64,000 bases of DNA from Macrostomum hystrix (lineage: Eukaryota; Animalia; Platyhelminthes), in NCBI GenBank assembly GCA_950097015.1, contig CATNEN010000007.1:8494001-8558000 (forward strand), in the 5' to 3' direction. A program made the translations under genes and the position numbers. Of this stretch, positions 54,982 through 64,000 are shown piece after piece. Within the stretch, counting starts at the first letter, position 1, and each line of letters starts with the position of its first letter. A model generated the notes under the pieces. The model did not search any database. It was not told the DNA's origin and saw only the letters and a program-made list of their open reading frames with translations.

Positions 54982-57559
54982 TAGTCTAATAATATATTGG
55001 ATAAAGCATAGTTTTAGAAGCCTATTTAAATTGGTTATAGTATAGAGGAAAATTACAATGGTAGTGATACTGTTAACATTGCCATCAATATGGCTCACTA
55101 CGAAAAAATCTAGGGTAGTCTTGGTATTATTAATTATATTATCTAATAGTAGCCTAGCCACATATGTCTCTAGGCTTCCTATGACTTTTGGATTCACAAA
55201 ATGAAATATATTAAAGATTAAAAAATTATAAGAGAAATTTCTTTGAGAAATTATAAATCAGAGACATTGCTTTTTGTTTAGGCAGAGCTTATTCCCATGG
55301 TCCTGTGCCAATAATTTTCTGCTCATCCACATGGCAGCTTGTATGAATAGGTCTACAACTCTATATAAATATGCCGTGCCATTAATTTCAATCTTATCCA
55401 CATGGTTCTGTTCTTTGAAACAAGGCCCTTTTGGGTTTGAAGGTTTTGTTGAACCCTTGAGCCAATAGATTGACAAAGTTGCCAATGTGTTACGACAGTG
55501 TTCTACATTTTGACCTACACATTCATTAACCAACATTAATGTCATCCTTTTTAATTATTGTAACAACAACTTACTAAATCTTTTGTCATCATTACGTGCT
55601 TTCATTCGAATTGTATTGACTTAAAAAGTAAGAAGTCTATCAAAGAAAATCATACGAGTCAACCAGCAGAATTCTAGTCAGCACCAAACTTGTCACACAT
55701 ATTATACATCATTGTTATTCTTTTACACTATGCATTGATAGTGTACACTATACACTACTCTGAAGCAGAAGCCTTATGCTCAGAGAAGAATAGGTAGGGA
55801 CTTGAAAGTAGACCTATTCATACAAGCTGCCACGTGGATAAGCAGAAAATTATCGGCATGGATCCATGTGGATAAAATTGAAATTATCGGCATGGGACCA
55901 TGGGAATAAGCATTTCCTTTTGTTTAACTTGAAAATGAAACAGGCCTAGTATTACCTTCATTCTATTATAAAAAAGTTGGTCTAAAGAAGTATGAGTAGT
56001 TACTAAAGTATTAGTAGGGCCTAGGTAGGCCTAGAGACAATTCAATCACAGTTACACAGTAGTCTAAAAGCAGCCACTCATTAGGGCCTATCTGACTCTG
56101 TATGTCAAAGGTGATACCTTTGAAACCTTTATAGGCCCTAGGCCTACTCTTTGAGATAAGCTTTGAGACTCTATGACATGAGACATACAAATTTAATAAA
56201 ATGTAATAAATATTTTAATTAATGACATTCGTTAAATCCTTGTTTCCATAAATATATTATTACAGTTACACTTTTAAGCCCATTTTACAACTGAATATGG
56301 CCATCAATGCATCAACCACCAAGTCCATGATACCACATACAATTTGTCAAGTAGATCCTAAAAGTCTAACTAAACACATGAAGAAAATAATGATGATAAA
56401 GTCAAGTCTTCGACTTGCACTTAAAGAAGAACTTCTAGTCTCATTTTTGTCTTGACCCTACGGCATAAGATTGTGTGAAAAATCATTCAGCAACTTATTA
56501 TTCTGGGTTGAAAAAAGTTTAAGGAAGTGAAAAAGTAAAAAGTATAATATGTCTATTCTATTTTAGGCATTTTAGAATTTGAATAACGAATGAAGAAGGA
56601 TAGTTATTCTTTAGTTAACATAAAGTAGAAGAAACAAAAGACTTGGTAAAAAGAGTACACTCAATCAGTACATATGCCTAACGATATCGTCACGTTCTTA
56701 GACAACTTCTACGGGGTTTTAAATTGTTGAGGAAGTGCGGCTTGCAAAGGCTGCTAATAAAACTAAATATATATCGTCCCCAGTCTTTAGATTCACTCAA
56801 CTAATAATAAAAAATATGAATTTTCTTAGCAAACAATTTTTATTAATAATATGTTCGCAAAGCAACTTATTAAGCAAGCAAAGCAAGACGTTCAAATATA
56901 CTGCGAAAATTATCTCGAACTATTCGCATATTGTATCGATAACTACAAGCAGACGCAGTTAATTATCCTAGAAATTTATACAAGCGCTATGGAGTTCGAA
57001 ATAAATTAAACGTCAGCAGACAGCAAAGGATTAAGGTGTTAATTAATTATAGTCAGTCTAAAACCCAAGCATCTCCATTCACAAATATAATATACCTGCT
57101 CGATTTAAACTCGTCAATAGTGAGTTCAAATTCGTCAGCCATCGCAAGTTCAATACACTAGCTCTGCAGCCGCGGCCCAGTAGTTTATGGCTGGCTGGCT
57201 CAGAAAGTGAGTTTGAATTCGACAGAGTAATGTGAAATTCTTCAGTTCAAATACAGCCCGATCAGAAAATATCTTTGCTTTGTCAATGGAAAAAATATGG
57301 TGGCTATGATAAATGTAATTAAAAAGTAAGTGAATTTCGTTTGTGGAAAACTAGCCCAGATTCTTGAAATTTTCGTCCTTTAATTGTCATTAGAAATGGC
57401 CTAAAAACGCTCTAGACTCGTGCGATGTTTCCAACAAGGACGCGACTGTAGACTACTCGCACTTAAGCTGAATATCAAGAGGACAACTGCGAATTAAATC
57501 GTCTGGAGATATTGAAGAGGGTAGAATTTATCTTAATTTTCTGAGGGGATGCTCTATGC

Positions 57560-59100
57560 GTTGACAAGTTCTGTGGAAGAGAAGCCGAAGGAAGACGTCC
57601 ACGCCCTGCAGGCCGACAGCGACAGCTCAGCGGCGGAGGACGGCGTGTTCTGCAGTTGATCAGAGACCACGTGAAGCCATCCAGTAGAGTCGGTTCAGCC
57701 AGTCAGGAGCAGCTGATAGCTACTATGGAGAATGGCGCTCTCACATTCAGGAAGCAGGAGCCAAAACTGGCTAGCATCTCGGTTGGTCAATGGATAGCCG
57801 CTAACTCCATCATCCTGCAAGAGATGATCAGAAAGAAGTTACAGCCGGCTTCCGAAGACACTGGTCTCCTGACTGATGTACTTGGCTATCTTGACTACAA
57901 CCGGAAGATTGGAGAGCTGCTGGATGCTGATTACCCCAATCCGTGATCTGGGAGTTTGATGAAGACTATCGAAAAGCTGCTGAGTCAGACTTGCAAGGAG
58001 AATCGGCTGCACGTGCGCTCTGCTCAGAAGTTAATTGGAAAGCTCGGCTGGTTCTGCCAGATTGTTCCGCAGGTCAAAGTCTTCATGCGCCCGCTTTTCG
58101 ACTGGTTGATCACTGCTGTTGATGGCAAGGTGTCGATGACTGATGATAGCCGGGCCAATCTGTCCTGGTGGCTTCGAGCCCTGGCTTGGCTACCCCCTGT
58201 TGCTCTTTGGCCGCGCTTCAATGAGGAGTTCGCCATGGAGACCGACAGCAGGTCGTATCCTGGACATCCTGGAGGTCGTATCTCTGCCAGCTGCGATCCT
58301 GGGAAGCTTTCTGTGCCAACGCCGGCCGCCCTTCATCTCCAGCGGACGATGATCTCCTGTGCCGCTACATCGCGCACCTGGTGATCACGCGCATCCGGTC
58401 GTTCTCCAGCCTCCGAGCCTATGTCCATGCCGTCCCGGTTAAAGCCTTTGCTGTTCAACTGGCCCTTCGTGGTGCAAAGCGCCTCCTTGGCCTGCGCTGC
58501 AAGCAGGCAGAACTGTTTACTCAGGAGCACATCAGAAGCATCCATCAGCAGCTCTCGCGCACCATCACTCGGCTTGACCTCCAGGCAAGCCTGGAGGTGG
58601 TTTTTATTGCTTCTCAAGTGCAAGTTAGGCAGGCCGCCTGCCTGTAACTGCTCATCACATTTTTATCCCCTTCCCCATCGTTTGGGGGTTGGGATCTTGT
58701 GTTCGGCCGCTGCCTGCCTTTTCGCCCTTTTGCACTCGCTGTCTTCCTCGCTTTTGGTCCCTCCGGTGTGTTTAATTCGTTCGTTACTATCTGAGTAAGG
58801 TGTGTTAGACACACCGGGGGGTGGCGCTCTGTGCGTGCGTGCGTGTACTCTGGAGGCGGTGGGGGCGTGGGGTGGTTGGCTGCGTCGGCTCGTTTTAAGC
58901 CCCCACACTCCTGCCGTCTCACCTCTGCCGCGATTTGTTTATATTTTTTTCTAAATCTGTTTAAATTCTCTGTTTTAATTCTCTGATTCGCCAAATATAC
59001 TCCGCATTCGTTCCGATCCATTGGGGATCTTTTGTTCGGCCGCTGCCTGCCTTTCGCACTCGCTGTCTTCCTCGCTTTTGGTCCCTTCGGTGTGTTTAAT
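57560..59100 (+). mobile_element. Internally deleted DIRS/Ngaro-like tyrosine-recombinase retrotransposon remnant
   Basis: Fragments in order: gag-like (KLASISVGQWIAANSII), RT-connection/RNase H (KLIGKLGWFCQIVP..FMRPLF..LSWW..ETDS), YR N-terminus (SSLRAYV..LALRGAKRLLG). Followed by a ~80-bp direct repeat at 58691-58776 and 59024-59100. Confidence 0.65.
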
Positions 59101-59328
59101 GTCCCTTATTTACCGGTAAGCGCTGCATTCGTGTCTTTCCTTTCGGAGTGACAGGCCTGTACGGAGTACTGTATCTTACTTAGTACTGTACTGTGTGATT
59201 ATAGTGATTATTCGTATTATACTTAATAGTACTGTAGGACAGGGATTTTGGGGGACCACAGTCACTACAAAATATTATCGTCAATGATCTACGAGGCTTC
59301 AACGGGCGTGGCTATTGGTTTGCTGCAT

Positions 59329-60713
59329 ATGTCGCAAGGGGACGTCGTAGGCGCGTCTGCGTCTGAGATTGATGAACGTTACCAGCATGAATGCAAGGCA
59401 TGTTGGATGATCTGGCTCAGTTAGATTTGAATGAAATCGAGGAGCTGTTACTCGGTCGGGATCCGGATCGAGATCTGCTCAATGAGATGGATCTAAATTC
59501 TAATGCAGTTGGACAATACGCCAGTCTGTTCTATTGCAGGAAAAGTGGGTGCTTTGCAAGTTTAGTGAGGTACTGTCAAGCAAGAACTACTCTTGCTTTC
59601 TGGAGACAGCCAATATTCAACAGTTGGTCACTGGCCTGCGCATGCTTTTCTTCTATGCTTTTCTTCTATCTTCTATGCTTTTGTTCGCAAGATCGATGGC
59701 GGATTCCATGCACCAGCTTCTTTGATTACCGCTCGAGCTGGTGTATCCCGTTATTGCTTCGTTTCCGTGGAGTAAATATCATCGAGGATCAACGCTTCGC
59801 AAGGCCAAAGACACAGCCGCCATGTTCATTAAGTCAGGCGGCGCCGCGAAGCAGTTCTGCGCATTGGAGACGGAGGACCTAGAAAAGCAGTGCATATACT
59901 TTGACAGAATTAATCCGATCAGTTTGTACCAAGAGGTGTACTACGTGTACACTTCGGATTGCGTGGACGCGAATGGTTCCGTAAATGACTACAGATTCCA
60001 TTATGAGACGCACCATCAATGGGCGACGTGCATTCAAGCTGGCATCAATGGAGACCAAGCATGTACGAGGAAGTTTAGAGTCGCGGACGTCTGAAAATCG
60101 AGGCAGAATGTGATTATCGAAACGTTCGAAAGGGGATGTCCATATGAGTGCATTGATTACTATCGCAAAAATATCAACGAGGCCAAGAGCAAAGAAGTGA
60201 CAAGCTCAGTGATGTTCCTACGTCCTCGAGTGCGCGGATTGGCAGAGTCGTGGTACTTTGCTAAGCAGGTAGTAGGCGTCAACTCGCTTGGGAACATGAT
60301 GCGTGTCATCTCCCAAGCGGCCAATTTGAGCAAGTCGTATACTGGCCACTGCCTAAGAGTCACCCTGGCAACGGAGCTGAGCGCATCCGGAGTGTCTCTG
60401 TAGGATATCGGCGCTGTAACGAGACATAAATTAGAGACCGCTGCGCAGAGATACATTCGAAGCAACAGAAAGCGTGACGTAGAGATGGCTGCGCTGTCTA
60501 CAAAGATCAGTTCCATTGGCCAGAAAAAGAGCGCCACGAAAGAGAGCCCTCACGACAAGTCGCGTGTGCTGACGTGACGTCCGACACGCATTTGGAGAGC
60601 AGCGCTCAGGCCGCCATGCAACAGCAGTCATGGAGATGCAAACGGTGGCTTCTGCGATATCCGGAACATTCCAAAACTGCCACTTCCACGTGCATATTAC
60701 TAACAAGACGTGA
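59329..60713 (+). pseudogene. Crypton-like tyrosine recombinase 1 (multiple frameshifts and stops)
   Basis: FYAFVRKIDG..SLITARAGVSRY, WYFAKQVVGVNSLGNMM..ISQAANLSKSYTGHCLRVT..L..SGVSL*DI.AVTRHK, and a C-terminal FQNCHF. Confidence 0.72.
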
Positions 60714-61017
60714 AGTTTCCTGATGTCTGAGAACAACTTGGACGGATTACTGACTCTGTTGATGAGCTCGTGACAGTAGGACATGGGTGTACGAGCCGTA
60801 TTCGGATTGGGTCCATAATATTATTATATTAATAATAATAAATTAATATAATATATAATATATAATATATAATTATATAATATATTTCTACAGCGTGTGC
60901 CCTATTCTGCATCAATGAATTTACGTATTACAAATCCGCTAGTTGACTATACCGACGATTTCATCGGTGGATTCGATCCCAATGTATTGCTTCAATCTGA
61001 CATCGACACTGTGTTAA

Positions 61018-62097
61018 ATGCTGGGTGACCTTCGCAGCCACCGTGACATCGTCAGAATAATTGGAGCTGCGGCAGCAGAGGAGTCGAATGGACCGAATGG
61101 GCCGAGTGCCAACCGCTTTGACCCGCCTTTGACGTTCAACGATGCCATGGTGCTTAACAGCAGCACAAATTCGAAGAAGACCGGAGAAAAAGACAAGTGG
61201 GCCAGTAACGTTTTCAGCGCGTGGGTGACTGCCCGATTCCCCCAACTTCCAACAACAGTGGGTGAACTGAGCCACGACCAACTGCGTGAGTTGCTGCCGC
61301 TCTTTTTTCACGAAGTGTGCAAACAAAATGGAGAGCGCTATCCTGCTGGGTCGCTCGTCTCTCTCGCGGCTGGACTACAGCGTGGTGCGAGTAGCTCCAG
61401 TAGTCGACCTCCGGTCGACTTTTTTCGTAGTCCCGACATTAAAATGATTACGGAGTCCATTGATGCTGCAATAAATATTTCTACGAAGGAAGGAAACGAC
61501 TTAAAGCGCAAGAGTGCTGAACCAATTTCTTTAGACGAGGAGGCTCAACTCTGGGAGCAACAACTAGGTGACAAAACACCTGACCAACTGACTCGAACCC
61601 TGTTCTATCTCAACAGTCTACATTTTGCGCTACGGGGCCGCGATGAGCATTGTAATCTCACTGTGGAATTTCGTGTGGAAATCAGGGGCGGTTCCGAGTG
61701 CTTAATTTACCAAGAAAGAAACTCTAAGACCTTTACTGGAGGCCTGAAGGACAAGCGTGTTACTCCCAAAGAGGTTGTACACTTCCCTGACGTGGCTGAC
61801 CCCAGCCGCAATCATGTTGCACTCTTCAAGAAGTTTATTAGCGTGCGCCCGGCCGACATCAGTCGGTTCTACCTACAGGGGATTCGCAATCCTAGTGCGA
61901 AATGCTAATATACCAAGCGTCCACTTGGTAAGAACACCCTGTCGACCATGGTGAAACGTCTGTGTGAGGAGTCCGGCATTCAGGGTAACAAACGCAATCA
62001 CAGCCTGCGAGCCACGAGACTGTACCGCGCTGGAGTCGATGAGCAACTTATCATGGAGACAAATGGTCCCAGAAGCATCGTCGGCGTGCGTCAGTAC
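61018..62097 (+). pseudogene. Crypton-like (DUF3504-type) tyrosine recombinase 2, in-frame stop at 61906-61908, truncated by the LTR insertion
   Basis: LHFALRGRDEH, ERNSKT..GGL, *YTKRPLGKNTL, NHSLRAT, RLYRAGVDEQLIME..G.RS..GVRQY. Confidence 0.85.
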
Positions 62098-62393
62098 TGT
62101 AGCGACTTTTGGTTACGCGATTTGTTTGTACTTGCTCTGATTGTGTCCCTCTTTTCTAAATCGCTGCAACCCCCTCCTTCCCCCTGCCCCTGCTACTCTC
62201 CACGGCTGTACCCCAACCCCCCTTTCGTCTCTTTCCTTCGTCTGCCTATGTACATCTGAGGCGGGGTTTAACCCTATCCCTACTATCGATCGCTTCTCTC
62301 CAGCCGCTAGTGTTTAAGTTCAAATATAACGTCTGGCCCTCTGGGCCTTTGTGAGTCATCCCCCATTGCGCTCTCTGTCTCGGTTGAGGTTTG

Positions 62394-62438
62394 GCCGTAA
62401 AGACGGTGTCTTACTGCGAAGACTCAATTTATTGCATG
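62394..62438 (+). other. Flatworm spliced-leader exon-like sequence inside the LTR
   Basis: GCCGTAAAGACGGTGTCTTACTGCGAAGACTCAATTTATTGCATG. It has the 5' CCGT/ACGG hairpin, TTAC and terminal TTGCATG typical of flatworm SLs. It differs by one base from the Macrostomum lignano SL as I recall it. Confidence 0.8.
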
Positions 62439-63062
62439 GCTTCAACTCGCTTCGCTTCGTAAATCGTTATCACTTGAAGTAAAGACATGGCGCACGAACG
62501 AAAATAAATAAGCCCTCTAGAAAAGTAAGTCGTCTGTCAGTCGTCTTCTCATCGATTCGGTCGAAGTTGCCGGCGGCCTCGCTCGCCTCTTCGTATGCTG
62601 CCGGTCTCGCTCGCTTCTTCATCTGCCTGCCGGCTTCGTTCGCTCTACCGTCTACTGGCTCACGCCTGCCGGCCTCGCTCGCTCCCTCGAATACCGGCTG
62701 GTGTCTGTCTCCCTATTTCGTGACTGTCTCATCAATTAACTGAACTGTCGAGATAAGTAATAATAGATTTTACTGATCGCAATCCTATATTTATCATCTG
62801 TACTCGCTGGCGTTATTTTTACGTGTTTTCTCGTTATCTTGTAACTCAAACGTGTGCTTTTTTCTCTCTTATTGTTATTTTGTTCTTCACGCATCTTCTC
62901 AAAGCTAAAATTATTCTGTTGCTTTCTCTGTCCTTTGAGTCTTTCTCTGCCTTTTTTTCTTCGCCACTTCTTCTGGTCTTGCTGTATCCGCTTGCGGCAT
63001 CCGTTGCGCTCTTCTCCTTGGGGTTCCGATCTTAGCCAGACTCACTTTCGCCAAGGTGGTCA

Positions 63063-63969
63063 ATGGATGAAGCCATCAGAAAGAGAGCGGCCATTCGGTC
63101 CGTTGTGACAAAGACCATAAATTGAGCAGAGAAGTGGCTGTCAGCTGGAAGTGGACGTGATGACAAAATAAACGCTGAAGCTGAAGCATGCATTGATACT
63201 CTGAAGCAGAAACTGGGATTGATGGAGGAATTGGACCTGGACATTCAGAGTCAGATGGAAGAGGAAAAGCTGAGTCGTGAACAAGAAGAAGCTGATGAGT
63301 ATGCCTTCAGGTGTCGGAAGTACGTCAGATTGTTAGAGAAATAATTATCAAATGCGACTAAGTCTGTGACATCTGGACCTCAGGTCAAACTGCCGAAACG
63401 TCATATCACTAAATTTGACGGAACGGTGACGTCATGGCTAACGTATTGGGATCAGTTCTCCTCGTCAATCGTTTCGAATAATCAGCTATCGGACATCGAC
63501 AAGTTTAATTACCCTTTGGGATTCGCTCTCTGAATCAGCCAAGTCCTGCATTCGTAGACTGAGTGTTACTTCAGCTAATTACAAGGTAGCCATCGATCTT
63601 CTAGATCAACGCTTTGGTAAATCAGATCTGGTAATTCTAATGAACCAACTGTCAGATATTCACCTATCAGATGTGTCATTAGCAGGCTTACGTTCGTTTC
63701 ACGATGACATAGCTGCTGCCGTTCGAAGCTTGGAAGTTCAGGGAGTAATTTCGTCGGCTTATGAGGCATTACTGTTGCCTAATCTGCTTCGTAAGTGTCC
63801 AAGTGAATTTCGTCTTGACCTGATGAAGTGCGCGAGCCTGTCGAAGAAAGAAATCAACAACATGGCTGTTCTGCTGGAGTTTCTACAGACGGAAATTCAA
63901 GTTCGAGAGAACGCAGCAGTGGGCGGTAAGAAATCGAGCAACTCAAAAGCTGTAGTCGACATTGCCTAA
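63063..63969 (+). pseudogene. BEL/Pao gag (DUF1759-like), with stops and a frameshift
   Basis: MDEAIRKRAAIRS.., VKLPKRHITKFDG..SWLTYWDQF, LSDIDKFNY, NYKVAIDLL.QRFG, LRSFHD...VRSL. Confidence 0.85.
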
Positions 63970-64000
63970 GTCTTCGCTTACAACGTTAACCGTGCAGTCC

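Larger units (their letters stand above)
62098..64000 (+). mobile_element. BEL/Pao LTR retrotransposon, 5' part (LTR about 62098-62487, PBS from 62488, degenerate gag)
   Basis: TGT...ACA boundaries followed directly by TGGCGCACGAAC (tRNA primer-binding-site-like), then a gag with BEL/Pao motifs. The second LTR is outside the window, so the boundaries are inferred. Confidence 0.8.

Noticed and set aside
57096-57142. Minus-strand mini-exon MADEFELTIDEFKSS as the coding start of the GT7 gene
   Set aside because: Its donor is phase 2 while the candidate acceptors near 53530-53560 are phase 1. It may be a 5' UTR exon but I cannot support it.
62394-62500. Functional SL RNA gene
   Set aside because: No GT donor after the ATG and no recognisable Sm site; reported instead as an SL exon copy within an LTR.

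Overview
Eukaryotic, intron-rich, minisatellite-dense DNA, most likely from a free-living flatworm. Macrostomum is inferred from a flatworm spliced-leader sequence and the repeat style; this is not verified. Host genes reconstructed by hand with phase-consistent GT-AG junctions: a 9-exon CCAP/NPS-type neuropeptide GPCR, a PAN/apple + F-type lectin gene with a duplicated first exon, GTP-dependent PEPCK, a tandem DUF1330-like gene, CtBP (with an intronless cadherin-like membrane gene nested in its last intron) and a beta-1,4-galactosyltransferase-family gene. Mobile DNA: an intact LOA/R1-group LINE inserted into a tRNA-SINE, two SINE families, an IS630/Tc1-like element with ~260-bp TIRs, a deleted mariner, and a terminal nest (Ngaro/DIRS remnant, two tandem Crypton-like recombinase pseudogenes, a BEL/Pao LTR element). 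About 15 different minisatellite arrays are present. The most notable observation is a near-perfect flatworm spliced-leader exon (62394-62438) inside the 5' LTR of the BEL/Pao element. Also notable are minisatellites that grew out of SINE 3' stem-loops and local CpG-decay zones inside genes.
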